Shown in pieces: positions 10,642 through 21,242 of a DNA stretch of 58,689 nucleotides; position 1 is the first letter of the stretch; the number at the start of each line of letters is the position of its first letter. The notes beneath the pieces were generated by a model, which did not search any database, was not told where the DNA came from, and saw only the letters and a list, made by a program, of their open reading frames with translations. The DNA is from an uncultured Pseudomonas sp. (GTDB lineage: Bacteria > Pseudomonadota > Gammaproteobacteria > Pseudomonadales > Pseudomonadaceae): positions 8,613 through 67,301 of the forward strand of contig CAZBNX010000001.1 in NCBI GenBank assembly GCA_964493255.1, in the 5' to 3' direction. Position numbers and translations under genes: made by a program.

Positions 10642-10669
10642 TCAAGTAAACTGCGAGAGAGGTCGATAT
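10642..10669 (+). promoter_or_regulatory. Probable sigma-28 promoter for flgKL
   Basis: TCAAG...GTCGATAT (TCAA-N16-GTCGATAT) upstream of flgK, where enteric systems have a class-3 promoter; the spacer is one base long. Confidence 0.6.
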
Positions 10670-10705
10670 TCTAAACAGATAACAGAACTTACTGAGACGT
10701 GAGCC

Positions 10706-12352
10706 ATGAGTATTTATTCTATTGGTGTGAGCGGTATGAATGCTGCTCAGGTAGCGTTAGCTGCTGCGGGTAATAATATTGCTAACGTTTATACTCCAGG
10801 TTATAACCGTGAAGTAGTGCAGCTTTCCAGTAATCTTCAAGGGAGTGGCGTTGATGTTAGTGCAACTGCGCGACAGTTTAGCCAATTTATCTCAAGTCAG
10901 TTAAATCAAGCTGTCAGTAGAGAAAGTGCTTTAACGAGCTATCAGTCTCAAATTGGTCAAATTGATAGTTTAATGGCGGATAATACAGCAGGTTTAGCGC
11001 CGCTAGTTCAAGAATTTTTTTCGGCGATTCAAGATGTTGTATCGACGCCATCAGATCCTGCGGCGCGTCAAGGTTTAATAGGTTCTGCCGAAACCTTAGC
11101 GGGGCAATTTAGAGCGTTTGGCTCGTATTTCGAAGAAATGCGGACCGCTATTAATAACCAAATTAAAGATCAGGTAACTCAGGTTAATAATATTGCTACT
11201 CAGTTAGCGGATGTGAACAAACAGATTACCTTGGTAAAAGGAAAAAGCAGTGAAGAGCCCAATGGCTTATTAAATGAGAGAGATCGTTTAATTTCAGAGT
11301 TGAGTGGTTATGTTGATACAAAAGTTGTAAAGCAAGATGGTGAAAGCTATAACGTCAGTATTGGCGATGGCTTATCGTTAGTGTCTGGCTCGACCAGCTT
11401 CAAATTAGCAGCGTTACCCGCTTCTGCTGATCCAACGCGCGTTGTAATTGGTTATCGCGATAGTTTAGGTAATATAGTTGAGCTGGGAGAAGATAATTTT
11501 AATAATGGCGAATTAGGGGGTGTGTTATCGTTTCGCAGTGAAGCACTAGATGAAGTGCAAAATCAGTTAGGGCTATTAGCTGCTTCTCTGGCTATGGCTA
11601 TGAATGAAGTTCATCAGAAAGGTATCAATTTAGATAACGAAATTGGTCAAGCGATGTTTTCTGTTGGCAGCCCCCAAAGTTTTAGAAATAGAAATAATGA
11701 AAGCGATGCTTATTTAGCTGTTGAGTTTAACGTGGATAAACGTGCTAATTTAGCTGCAACAGATTATGAGGTGGTTTACTCACCGGATAATCAAAATGCT
11801 ACTGCGGGTTTTGTTGTAAGACGCACGGACAGCGGGGCACAAGTAACACCTACATTGAGCACAAATGCGGAAGGTAACTCTGTGCTGGAATTTGGTGGTT
11901 TAACTGTAACAGTTAAAGGAACTGTTGCGGCGGGGGATAGCTTTCGCGTTCAACCGTTGCGTAACGCAGCCGCTGGTTTGGAAAGTTTAATAAAAGAAGT
12001 AGATAAAATTGCAGCCGCAAAACAAGCCAGTTCTCCTGGTGATAATAGTAATGCTTTGGATTTGTTAGCATTGCAAGAAGATGTTACCGTTGTTGCTGGC
12101 GGAGGAACTATTAGCCAAGCATATGCTGGTATGATCGGCAATATAGGTAATAGAACAAATATCGTAAACTCTAATTTGTCCGCACAAACAGGTTTGGTTG
12201 AGCAATTATCGTCCGTACAGCAATCCGAGTCTGGTGTGAGTTTAAATGAAGAGGGGGCGAATTTAATGCGTTATCAACGATACTTTCAAGCTAATGCTAA
12301 ATTAATAGAAGTTGCCACGAACGTCTTTGATAGTTTATTGGCTATTCGCTAA
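10706..12352 (+). CDS. flgK: Hook-filament junction protein FlgK
   Basis: GNNIANVYTPGYNRE, PSDPAARQ, SGVSLNEEGANLMRYQRYFQANAK. Confidence 0.95.
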   Translation: MSIYSIGVSGMNAAQVALAAAGNNIANVYTPGYNREVVQLSSNLQGSGVDVSATARQFSQFISSQLNQAVSRESALTSYQSQIGQIDSLMADNTAGLAPLVQEFFSAIQDVVSTPSDPAARQGLIGSAETLAGQFRAFGSYFEEMRTAINNQIKDQVTQVNNIATQLADVNKQITLVKGKSSEEPNGLLNERDRLISELSGYVDTKVVKQDGESYNVSIGDGLSLVSGSTSFKLAALPASADPTRVVIGYRDSLGNIVELGEDNFNNGELGGVLSFRSEALDEVQNQLGLLAASLAMAMNEVHQKGINLDNEIGQAMFSVGSPQSFRNRNNESDAYLAVEFNVDKRANLAATDYEVVYSPDNQNATAGFVVRRTDSGAQVTPTLSTNAEGNSVLEFGGLTVTVKGTVAAGDSFRVQPLRNAAAGLESLIKEVDKIAAAKQASSPGDNSNALDLLALQEDVTVVAGGGTISQAYAGMIGNIGNRTNIVNSNLSAQTGLVEQLSSVQQSESGVSLNEEGANLMRYQRYFQANAKLIEVATNVFDSLLAIR

Positions 12353-12373
12353 TTTTTTAGGAGTATCACTATT

Positions 12374-13561
12374 ATGCGTATCAGTACTATTACCTCATTC
12401 CGTCAAAGTATGGATGCAATGGTTCGCCAGCAAAGTGACTTTTTAAAGCTGGGATTGCAGATATCGAGTGGTCAGCGAGTGTTAACGCCTTCCGAAGACC
12501 CGCAATCGGCCTCTGCTGCTGTGGCTATGGAGCAATCGTTAGCGTTAAATGAACAGTTTTCCCAGGCGCGGGTTAGTAGTCGCAATTTATTAAGTCAAGA
12601 AGATAACGTATTGGGGAGCGTATCTGATGTACTAAGCACGGCCAAAAGTTTATTAGTGCAGGCATCTAATGGCACCTTGAATGATGCTGACCGAATTTCG
12701 GTTGCTAGTGAGTTGAATGGTTTATACGAAACATTAATTGGTCAAGCTAATGTAACTGATGGAAATGGTCGCTATTTATTTGGAGGAACGAAAGATAAAA
12801 GTGCGCCTTTTGTACGGCAAGATGGTCATGTTGTTTACGTTGGTGATACAGGTCAACCAGCGCAACAAGTCGATTCTTCGCGCCAAATTGCCAATGGTGA
12901 TCATGGTGAACAAGTATTTATGACGGTGCATGGTTCTTCGGGTTATCTAGCAAAGGCTAATCCAGATAATCAGGGTAATGTTACTTTTTCTGGCCCCAGT
13001 ATAGTGAGCGGTACAACGGCTGCATTTAACGTACAATTTGCTGTTGATGGTGATGCTATTACATATAGTACAGATGAAGGTGGAAGTTGGCAGGCATACA
13101 CATCGGGTATGAGTATAGAGAGCAACGGTTTATTAATTAATTTGCAGGGCACACCTGCAAATGGCGATAGTATTGATATTGTTCGTGCTTCTGATTCCAA
13201 TCCGAATATATTTCGCACAATTGAAAGTACGTTAGCAGCTTTAAACGCTCCGGCGGCTGACGCACAAGCACAAGCACAATTAAAAAATTTATTATCAACA
13301 TCTATGCGTGAATTAGATGGTGCTCTTGATAATGTACTGACTACTAGAGCGTCTGCTGGTGCCCGACTGAATGAGCTGGATTTACTCGACAAAATTGGAA
13401 GTAACCGAGAGCTTAATTATAAGCAAACTTTATCTGATTTAGTTGATCTTGATTACAATGAAGCAATTTCTTCTTATGTGATGAGAATGGTGGGTTTGCA
13501 AGCAGCGCAAAAATCTTTCGTAGATTTGCAACAGCTCTCCCTATTTAATTACATGAAATAA
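12374..13561 (+). CDS. flgL: Hook-filament junction protein FlgL
   Basis: MRIST, QISSGQRVLTPSEDP, GRYLFGG, LQAAQKSF..LSLFNY. Confidence 0.95.
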   Translation: MRISTITSFRQSMDAMVRQQSDFLKLGLQISSGQRVLTPSEDPQSASAAVAMEQSLALNEQFSQARVSSRNLLSQEDNVLGSVSDVLSTAKSLLVQASNGTLNDADRISVASELNGLYETLIGQANVTDGNGRYLFGGTKDKSAPFVRQDGHVVYVGDTGQPAQQVDSSRQIANGDHGEQVFMTVHGSSGYLAKANPDNQGNVTFSGPSIVSGTTAAFNVQFAVDGDAITYSTDEGGSWQAYTSGMSIESNGLLINLQGTPANGDSIDIVRASDSNPNIFRTIESTLAALNAPAADAQAQAQLKNLLSTSMRELDGALDNVLTTRASAGARLNELDLLDKIGSNRELNYKQTLSDLVDLDYNEAISSYVMRMVGLQAAQKSFVDLQQLSLFNYMK

Positions 13562-13581
13562 TTTAATAGTGGTGTGATGGG

Positions 13582-14373
13582 TTAATTAGTAATCAACATT
13601 AACCCATCTAACCATTGTTTGAGAAAATGAATACCGTTTCCAAACACGCTTTCGAGTGTTTTTCCCATATCTTTCATGAGAATCATCAATAAAAATAACC
13701 CTATGGCTAAGGTTAATGGAAAGCCTACAGAAAAAACAGTTAACTGAGGTGCTGATCTATTTAGAATGCCCATCGCTAAGTTGATAATTAATAGCGCGGC
13801 TATCATAGGTAATGCCAGTAGTATTCCTGTTGTAAACAATATACCGACATAACCTGATATTGAGCGCCATGATTCAGGACTAAAATTAGCTTGCCCGATT
13901 GGTATTGTCTGAAATGTTCCTGCTAGTATTTCTAAAACGACTAAATGACCGTTCAGAGAAATGAACAGAAGTAAGGCTATCATATAAAGTAGCCTTGCTA
14001 AAATCATGGTATTACCACTTTCCGGTGTGAATAATGTAGCGAAAGCAAGGCCCATTTGTAAACCAATCAAATCGCCGACAACTTGTGCGGTTGTAAAAGT
14101 GACGCGCATTATAAAGCCGATAGCTAATCCAATCAGCATTTGCTCTATTAAAAGACCAAACCCAGCCCAAGAGAAAATAGTTATTTCTGGTAATGTTGGT
14201 AACGTGGGTGCAACGAGTATTGAAAGAAAAACAGCAAATCCGATTTTGACGTGTAAAGGAATACTACTATGCCCTAATAAAGGTGATGCAAGTAGAAAGG
14301 CTAATATACGACACAATGGCCAAAATAAATTAGCAATAATAATTTGTAATTGTGACGAGCTAATTTCGAGCAT
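13582..14373 (-). CDS. fliR: Export gate FliR
   Basis: Hydrophobic; GLQMGLAFA, GILNRSAPQLTVFSVGFP. Confidence 0.95.
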   Translation of the reverse strand: MLEISSSQLQIIIANLFWPLCRILAFLLASPLLGHSSIPLHVKIGFAVFLSILVAPTLPTLPEITIFSWAGFGLLIEQMLIGLAIGFIMRVTFTTAQVVGDLIGLQMGLAFATLFTPESGNTMILARLLYMIALLLFISLNGHLVVLEILAGTFQTIPIGQANFSPESWRSISGYVGILFTTGILLALPMIAALLIINLAMGILNRSAPQLTVFSVGFPLTLAIGLFLLMILMKDMGKTLESVFGNGIHFLKQWLDGLMLITN

Positions 14374-14380
14374 CGTGGCA

Positions 14381-14650
14381 CTAATTTATCATAGAGGGAA
14401 TATTGCTGATGAGTTCGCGTGTGAAATCAGTAATCTGTTGAATAAGAAAAGGGCCACCCAATATAAGTAGACCAAAAACGCCAAGAATTTTTGGAATGAA
14501 GGAAAGGGTCATTTCGTTAATTTGAGTAGCCGCTTGAAATAAACTGACCAATAGACCAATGGTTAAGGCTGTCAATAATAAAGGAGCGGCTAAAATTACA
14601 GTGACTCGCATTCCCTGATAAGCAAGGTCCATAACCATTTCGGGTGTCAT
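14381..14650 (-). CDS. fliQ: Export gate FliQ
   Basis: MTPE start (refined to 14650), GLLVSLFQAATQINEMTLSFIPK. Confidence 0.96.
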   Translation of the reverse strand: MTPEMVMDLAYQGMRVTVILAAPLLLTALTIGLLVSLFQAATQINEMTLSFIPKILGVFGLLILGGPFLIQQITDFTRELISNIPSMIN

Positions 14651-14664
14651 GATGAATACGCCTG

Positions 14665-15426
14665 TTATAAATAAAAGCTCTGTGCGAGCGAGCCTAGTAA
14701 TAACTGCCAACCGTCCACTAATACAAAAAGCATTAATTTGAAAGGAAGCGATATGGTCGCAGGAGGAACCATCATCATACCTAAAGCCATTAAAACACTG
14801 GCAACAACTAAATCAATGATGAGAAATGGTATGAATATAGTAAAACCTATCTGGAAGGCGGTTTTTAATTCACTGGTAACAAAAGCGGGAATAAGTACCG
14901 TCATGGGTACTTGCTCGACACTTTCTAGCGTACCCACTTTGGCTAATTGCGAAAAAAGTGCTAAATCTGGTTGTCTTGTTTGAGCAAGCATAAACTCTCT
15001 AAAGGGACGACTACCTTTATCGACGAATTGCTCAAATGAAATTTTATCCTGAGAAAAAGGCTGCCATGCTTCTTTATGTACTTTATCCAGAACAGGAGAC
15101 ATAATAAAAAAAGTCATGAATAAAGCCAATCCGAGAATAACTTGGTTTGGAGGTGCTGATGGTGTGCCTAAGGCTGTTCTTAACAGTCCTAATACAATGA
15201 TAATGCGTGTAAAGCTGGTCATCATTAATAAAAGGGCAGGTAAGAATGTCAGTGAGCTTAGAAATATTAACGTCTGTAAGTTAAGAGACCATTGCTGACT
15301 ACCATTATTCAATGGTTGACTGGTAATAGCTGGTATAACCGTTTGTGAAAGCGCATATTCTACAGGCATTAATAGCCCTAAAAGACCAATCACCCCTATG
15401 ATATAGCGTGTGCTAATTGTGCTCAT
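14665..15426 (-). CDS. fliP: Export gate FliP
   Basis: [53 protein letters not shown]. Confidence 0.97.
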   Translation of the reverse strand: MSTISTRYIIGVIGLLGLLMPVEYALSQTVIPAITSQPLNNGSQQWSLNLQTLIFLSSLTFLPALLLMMTSFTRIIIVLGLLRTALGTPSAPPNQVILGLALFMTFFIMSPVLDKVHKEAWQPFSQDKISFEQFVDKGSRPFREFMLAQTRQPDLALFSQLAKVGTLESVEQVPMTVLIPAFVTSELKTAFQIGFTIFIPFLIIDLVVASVLMALGMMMVPPATISLPFKLMLFVLVDGWQLLLGSLAQSFYL

Positions 15427-15839
15427 AAAGGTGGTTCCTTACGATGTATTACGTTAGTTTGAAGGCTTTCTAAAAATTTCCGTGCAAATGAGTTGTTGTT
15501 ATCGGTGAGTTTAGATAAATCAGTATCCTGAGGTATGGCAGGTAATTCGTGAAGCATATTTATGCTTTGTGGAGTGATACCGAGTACCAGCCATTTATCT
15601 TGTATTTCAACGATAATAATACGCTCTTTGGAACCAATCGGTATACTGCCGACGATGTGCATCGGCGTATTCTTATTTTGCAGCGAATTGATTTTTTTTA
15701 TTAACCAAGCGCATAGTAAAATTATTATAATTAATAAAATCAATGCGAACGCTGTTTTCCCAAACAAAGCGAAGCTATTTAGGTCACTTGTTGATTCAGC
15801 TAGACCTATGCCTACAGAAGAAGGGGAAGTGGTGGTCAT
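15423..15839 (-). CDS. fliO: FliO
   Basis: One transmembrane segment, then [28 protein letters not shown]; lies between fliN and fliP. Confidence 0.92.
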   Translation of the reverse strand: MTTTSPSSVGIGLAESTSDLNSFALFGKTAFALILLIIIILLCAWLIKKINSLQNKNTPMHIVGSIPIGSKERIIIVEIQDKWLVLGITPQSINMLHELPAIPQDTDLSKLTDNNNSFARKFLESLQTNVIHRKEPPL

Positions 15840-16327
15840 CTATTAAGTTTCTGTACTCGCTCAGAGGGAGTAATAATTTCCGTAATACGGATACCATACT
15901 TATCGTCAACGACGACGACTTCACCTTGAGCAATGAGGTATCCATTAATTAAGATGTCCATAGGCTCACCCGCTAGACCATCTAACTCAATAACAGAACC
16001 TTGGGCAAGCTCTAGTAATTGCTTAATAGTGATGCGTGTACGCCCTAATTCTACGGTCAGCTTTACGGGGATATTCATGATCATTTCTAGATCACGCATA
16101 TTTCCGCTTGGTGTACCTTTATCTAGAGGCTTAAAAACACTTTCGCCTGCACTGGTAGCGTTATTGGTACTCACATTTGTACTAGACGAACTGGTCTGTT
16201 CAGCCAATGCGGCTGCCCAAGGATCATCGTCAGCGGCTGAACCAGATATACCGACTTGTTCCGCCATTGCACTTGCCCAGTCATCATCTAGGCTGCTCAG
16301 GTCATCGGGTTGATTCGGATCTGTCAT
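15836..16327 (-). CDS. fliN: C-ring protein FliN
   Basis: IPVKLTVELGRTRITIKQLL..GSVIELDGLAGEP..GEVVVV..YGIRIT. Confidence 0.97.
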   Translation of the reverse strand: MTDPNQPDDLSSLDDDWASAMAEQVGISGSAADDDPWAAALAEQTSSSSTNVSTNNATSAGESVFKPLDKGTPSGNMRDLEMIMNIPVKLTVELGRTRITIKQLLELAQGSVIELDGLAGEPMDILINGYLIAQGEVVVVDDKYGIRITEIITPSERVQKLNR

Positions 16328-17375
16328 GGTGGGATTCCTTGGCGTTCAGCGTTGGGCTTTTCACGAAACGTTCAGCTATCGATTTAGCGGGAATAGGTGG
16401 GGAATGATCGACCAGCTCTTTGACGCGCAACGCGCGTTTGCCATTTTGGTTGCCGTATTCACATTCCATAACGGGCACGCCATCGACACGCGCTACTACA
16501 GTTTCAGGCAGCTCAAAAGGCAAAACGTCCCCAACTTTTAGAGCCATTACTTCGGAGATGCTGCATGGAATATCAGTAAAATCTGCGACTAATTCGATTT
16601 GAGACTGACGTAATTCGCCAGCCATGCGGCTATTCCAAAGTTGTTCTTCTTCTGCGTTACTATCCGTGAGCGGGCCGTTTAATAAGCTACGAATAGGCTC
16701 AATCATCGCGTAAGGCAATACGATATTAAAGTCGCTAGCCAAGTTACCGACTTCTAAATGGAACGTATTATTTACGACAATTTCATTCGGTGAGCTGGTG
16801 ATATTAGCGAATTTTACCTGCATTTCTGAACGCAGATAATCAATTTCGATTGGGTAGACGGATTGCCATGCACTTTTATAAGCGTCAATGGCTAAACCGA
16901 GCATGCGTCGTATAATGCGCTGTTCAGTATTTGTGAATTCGCGTCCTTCTGAACGAGTCAAAAAACGACCATCACCACCGAATAAATTATCCACCACCAT
17001 AAATACAAGGTTAGGTGGGAATAAAACTAACGCTGTGCCACGCAGTGGCTTCAATGCAATCAAATTTAAGTTTGTTGGAACGGCAACATTTCGTGAAAAT
17101 TCACTATAGCTCTGATAGCGAACGCCGCCGGTTGTTATATCGGCGCTACGCCGAATGAGATTAAAAAGGCTCATTCGGAAGCTACGAGCAAAACGCTCGT
17201 TAATAATATCAAGGGCGTGCAAACGCTCGCGTATAACCCGGTGCTGCGTTGCCGGGTTATAGGGGCGAATTCGACCAGTTGGATTCTTGGGTTCACTAAC
17301 CGAAGAGTCTTCCTCGCCACTGACGCCTTTAAGTAAAGCGTCAATCTCTTCCTGCGAAAGCAGATCTTGAGACAT
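16302..17375 (-). CDS. fliM: C-ring protein FliM
   Basis: LLSQEEIDALL CheY-binding peptide, VDNLFGGDGRF, REFTNTEQRII. Confidence 0.97.
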   Translation of the reverse strand: MSQDLLSQEEIDALLKGVSGEEDSSVSEPKNPTGRIRPYNPATQHRVIRERLHALDIINERFARSFRMSLFNLIRRSADITTGGVRYQSYSEFSRNVAVPTNLNLIALKPLRGTALVLFPPNLVFMVVDNLFGGDGRFLTRSEGREFTNTEQRIIRRMLGLAIDAYKSAWQSVYPIEIDYLRSEMQVKFANITSSPNEIVVNNTFHLEVGNLASDFNIVLPYAMIEPIRSLLNGPLTDSNAEEEQLWNSRMAGELRQSQIELVADFTDIPCSISEVMALKVGDVLPFELPETVVARVDGVPVMECEYGNQNGKRALRVKELVDHSPPIPAKSIAERFVKSPTLNAKESHHDRSESTR

Positions 17376-17380
17376 GGAAC

Positions 17381-17926
17381 TTACTGCACTATGAAATCGG
17401 TATAAAGAATATTAACGACGTTCAGCGGAGGTTGCGGAACAGCCAGTGGTGTTTGGAATAAACCAATAATCTGAGCGTTTAGCGCATCTTTACCCGCAGG
17501 CGTCATTAAAGTTTCTGCCTGTTGAGAAGCCATTAATACTAATAAACGGCTACGCAATTGGGGCATGTTCTGCGTTAAGAAGTCCATTGTTTGTTTGTCT
17601 CCCACTTGAAACGAGAGACCCACATACAATAATCGTGGCTGACGTCGCTCACTTTGTACGTTGACGGTAAAGGGCGAAATATTGACGAACATAGGTGCAT
17701 TTGCAGGGGCTGCTGGTGCGCCGTGGCCGCCACCGTGTGCAGGTTCTGCTGGAGCAGCCGCTGCTGCATGTTCTTCGGTGTTGGCACCTGCGTCAGTTTT
17801 ACCCTTTATCATGAAAAAATACATGCCGCCCGCAGTACCGCCGACCGCAATTAATGCGACCAAAATCAAAAGGACCGGAAGAAGCCAGCCTTTTTTCTTC
17901 TTCTCTTCAGGTTGTGGAGTGCTCAT
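17381..17926 (-). CDS. fliL: FliL
   Basis: KKKK followed by one transmembrane segment, PFTVN, PQLRSRLL, ILYTDFIVQ. Confidence 0.93.
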   Translation of the reverse strand: MSTPQPEEKKKKGWLLPVLLILVALIAVGGTAGGMYFFMIKGKTDAGANTEEHAAAAAPAEPAHGGGHGAPAAPANAPMFVNISPFTVNVQSERRQPRLLYVGLSFQVGDKQTMDFLTQNMPQLRSRLLVLMASQQAETLMTPAGKDALNAQIIGLFQTPLAVPQPPLNVVNILYTDFIVQ

Positions 17927-18039
17927 CGCGGGTGCCGTGTCCGTAGTGTATGCAACGTACTAAGAATATCATGCCAAGTATCATGTAAGCTGCCCTGACG
18001 TGTTTAATCATCGCATGTTTCGGGCGAGATGTTCATCAT

Positions 18040-19329
18040 TTAGGCGTAGAGACTTAAACGACCGCTCGGCGTAACTTGTTGTGCTGTCTGCGATGTTACA
18101 GATTCCAGTTCACTTTCGGTTAGATACTCACCCTTCTGGTTTGTGGGTGTGCGCGAAGGCGTTTCGTCACGGGTTTGTTGTTGCTGCCCACCAACAGACG
18201 TTTGTCCTAAATTGATGCCTTGTTCTGCTAACGCTTCGCGTAGTTGGGGTAATGCTTGTTCTACTGCATGTCGTACTTGTGGATGCGGTGATAAAAATTG
18301 AACCTGTGCTGTATTATCACTTACTTTTAAGCTAATGGACAGTGGACCTAAATCGGCAGGGTTTAAGTGTAATTCGATGTTTTTATCACCGCGTTGATGT
18401 AATTGAATCACTTGCTGATTTAAACCATCTTGCCATGCCGGTGTGCCCATCGGCGCTCTTATTGTAGAGGCTTCGTTGTTAGCTGTCGTAGATAAGTTAT
18501 TATTTATTGAGGATGGCGTTGAAATAGGTGTCGTTGTTGGCGTATTGTTTAAATCAGGTTTTGTGATGGCGTCTATTGTTGTTGCGGTAGAGCCTTCAGT
18601 AAACGTAGCGTGAGCGATACCTGTATTGATAATGCTAGAGGCTTCTTTATTTTGTGTTAATATATTTACTGAGGTGCTATCTAGATGCGTATCAATTGGA
18701 TTGATAGGCGTATTTGTAAATTGAGATGCACTGCTAGTGTTTTGAGAATGAGTCAGTTCTTTGGCGACATTAAGTGGTAGCTGAGTATTATTTTGAACCT
18801 GTGTTGCTTTATCAAGGACAGGTGTATTTTGTGTGCTTTGTGTAGTAAGCGTATTACTTATTCCTTGTTGTGCAATAAATTGAGCGGCCAAATTTTCTGC
18901 TGTGTCACTTAAAGTGGGTAGTTTTTTTTCCTCGTCGCTAATGGCAATGGGTGCCTTGCTATTCGCATGTATTGGGTTAGCGTTTGTTGGTTGTCCAGAT
19001 ATTTGGATTTGTAGATTAACCAAGGCCAATAAAGGACTGTCTATTGGTAGACCGGTCTGTTGATTTTCGTTGTGCGCTGTTGTGTTTGCATCTGGCAGCG
19101 TTGTTTCTTCGGTTTTGGTTGCTGCGGTAGATGGTTTTTCTTCAGGTGTATTTGAATTTTGTTGTTGCTGGTTAGCCGGTGGCGTTTTTTCTGTATTCGC
19201 TGTTTTTTCGCCTGCTTTTTGTAGCTGTTGGGAAAAATTAGACTCACCGTTCGTTGCTGTTTTAGCGATGTTATTAGCACCTAATTCACTGGTAGCTGAA
19301 GAGGGTGCAGATATTATATTTGTGGCCAT
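18040..19329 (-). CDS. fliK: Hook-length control protein FliK
   Basis: Low-complexity T/N/Q-rich N-terminus plus C-terminal domain ELHLNPADLGPL..VEQALPQLREALAEQGINLGQTSV. Confidence 0.93.
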   Translation of the reverse strand: MATNIISAPSSATSELGANNIAKTATNGESNFSQQLQKAGEKTANTEKTPPANQQQQNSNTPEEKPSTAATKTEETTLPDANTTAHNENQQTGLPIDSPLLALVNLQIQISGQPTNANPIHANSKAPIAISDEEKKLPTLSDTAENLAAQFIAQQGISNTLTTQSTQNTPVLDKATQVQNNTQLPLNVAKELTHSQNTSSASQFTNTPINPIDTHLDSTSVNILTQNKEASSIINTGIAHATFTEGSTATTIDAITKPDLNNTPTTTPISTPSSINNNLSTTANNEASTIRAPMGTPAWQDGLNQQVIQLHQRGDKNIELHLNPADLGPLSISLKVSDNTAQVQFLSPHPQVRHAVEQALPQLREALAEQGINLGQTSVGGQQQQTRDETPSRTPTNQKGEYLTESELESVTSQTAQQVTPSGRLSLYA

Positions 19330-19366
19330 GATTCTTCTCGCAGGCTATAAATTAAGCAAAAATTAA

Positions 19367-19822
19367 TTAGCGAAATCCGTTATTATTTCGGTTGGCGCGC
19401 ATTCCGTATTCATCGTTTGCTTTTTGTTCTGCTTTATAAGCAAGCAAATCATCGGCCAAACGACGACGCTCTAATAATGTATCGTAAGAATGCAAGCGAC
19501 GGCGTTCCTCTCGCCATTGTTGTTGTTGATTATCTACTTTTTGTTGTTGTGAGCGCAGCGCCTGATTGGCTTGTAAAACAGCCGTGTCTAATGAGCTAAG
19601 AAAAGCGCGGTAATTAAGAAGGCTTGCTGGGTCCATACCTTGTTGTAAACTTTGCTGAAGCCGACGACCATATTCTAAGCGGTATTGATTTAGGATATTT
19701 AATTGCTGTTGTACCTGCTCTTGTGTTCGACGCTCGTTGGCTAACAATTTAGTGGCACGGTCTAACGCTTCGCGCGTAAGGCCGATAAGAGTATCAAGAG
19801 CTGTATTTTGCTGCGTGGTCAT
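19367..19822 (-). CDS. fliJ: FliJ
   Basis: QLNILNQYRLEY, NYRAFLSSLD, EQKANDE; between fliI and fliK; start refined. Confidence 0.92.
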   Translation of the reverse strand: MTTQQNTALDTLIGLTREALDRATKLLANERRTQEQVQQQLNILNQYRLEYGRRLQQSLQQGMDPASLLNYRAFLSSLDTAVLQANQALRSQQQKVDNQQQQWREERRRLHSYDTLLERRRLADDLLAYKAEQKANDEYGMRANRNNNGFR

Positions 19823-19853
19823 GGTCGTCACCTAACTAGCCTAATAAAGTAAT

Positions 19854-21239
19854 TTACGCGCTAGAGACTAGGGTATTTAATACGTTTAGTGTTTCGGTAA
19901 TGTCAGCACGCTCGTGGATACGCTGTTGTAAAAAACGCTCTAACTGTGGATACAAAGCTACCGCCTGATCTAATTGAGGATCATGGCCGGGCGCGTAAGC
20001 ACCTACACTAATTAAATCGCGGTTTCTTTGGTATTTTGATAATAGCTGTTTGAATTGCTGCGCGCGACGTTGTTGTGTATCGGTCACGATGGCCGTCATG
20101 GCGCGGCTAATAGACGCCTCAATATCAATCGCGGGATAGTGTCCACTTTCTGCTAATGAGCGAGAAAGCACAATATGTCCGTCAAGAATGGCGCGCGCTG
20201 AGTCTGCAATCGGGTCTTGTTGGTCGTCGCCTTCGCTTAATACGGTGTAAAACGCGGTGATAGAGCCGCCGCCAACAGGCCCGTTTCCTGTTTTTTCGAC
20301 CAATTTCGGCAATTTTGCAAACACCGACGGCGGATAGCCTTTGGTTGCAGGCGGTTCGCCGATAGCGAGGGCAATTTCCCGCTGTGCCATCGCGTAACGG
20401 GTCAGGGAGTCCATGATGAGCAGCACATCACGCCCACGGTCGCGGAAATATTCGGCCAAGCGCGTGGTGTAAGCCGCACCCTGTAAGCGTTTTAGGGGCG
20501 AGGTATCTGCCGGTGCTGCCACCACTACCGAGCGGCGCAAGCCTTCTTCGCCGAGGATGTTGTCGATGAAGTCTTTGACTTCACGACCCCGTTCCCCGAT
20601 GAGCCCCACAACGATGACATCGGCACGGGTATAGCGTGCCATCATGCCCAGCAATACCGATTTACCCACGCCAGAACCAGCAAATAAACCCATCCGCTGC
20701 CCACGTCCCACGCTTAATAAACCGTTGATAGCGCGAATGCCGACATCAATTTGCGTATCAATGGGCGCGCGGTCGAGGGGGTTGAACGGCGGGGTGTGCA
20801 GTGTGGCGTAGTGCGCGTCGGTGAGAGGGCCTTTGCCATCAAGGGGTTCGCCGCTGCCATCCACCACGCGGCCTAACATGGATTCGCCCAGTGGAAAACG
20901 TCGCGCGCTGAGGTGGCCGAGTTTGCCTTCGCCGAGCGGTAACACACGCGCATCGGGTTGCAAGCCGCTGAGTTCTTCCAAGGGCATTAAAAAGAGTTTA
21001 TCTCCTGAAAAACCAACCACTTCGGCTTCAGCAAAGCGCCGTGTGCTGTTGGTTCCAGCCGTAGATAACTCGATACGACAACCGCCACCCAAGGGAATGC
21101 GTAAGCCCGTTGCTTCCAACACCATGCCGGTCGCGCGGGTAATGCGGCCGCTGGCATGGTAGCGCGGCAGTTGGCTAATGTGCTGACGGGTTTCGTCTAG
21201 CCGCTGTTGCCAGTAACGAGCGTGTGTGGCGGTGTGCAT
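19854..21239 (-). CDS. fliI: Export ATPase FliI
   Basis: [50 protein letters not shown]. Confidence 0.98.
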   Translation of the reverse strand: MHTATHARYWQQRLDETRQHISQLPRYHASGRITRATGMVLEATGLRIPLGGGCRIELSTAGTNSTRRFAEAEVVGFSGDKLFLMPLEELSGLQPDARVLPLGEGKLGHLSARRFPLGESMLGRVVDGSGEPLDGKGPLTDAHYATLHTPPFNPLDRAPIDTQIDVGIRAINGLLSVGRGQRMGLFAGSGVGKSVLLGMMARYTRADVIVVGLIGERGREVKDFIDNILGEEGLRRSVVVAAPADTSPLKRLQGAAYTTRLAEYFRDRGRDVLLIMDSLTRYAMAQREIALAIGEPPATKGYPPSVFAKLPKLVEKTGNGPVGGGSITAFYTVLSEGDDQQDPIADSARAILDGHIVLSRSLAESGHYPAIDIEASISRAMTAIVTDTQQRRAQQFKQLLSKYQRNRDLISVGAYAPGHDPQLDQAVALYPQLERFLQQRIHERADITETLNVLNTLVSSA

Positions 21240-21242
21240 AAC

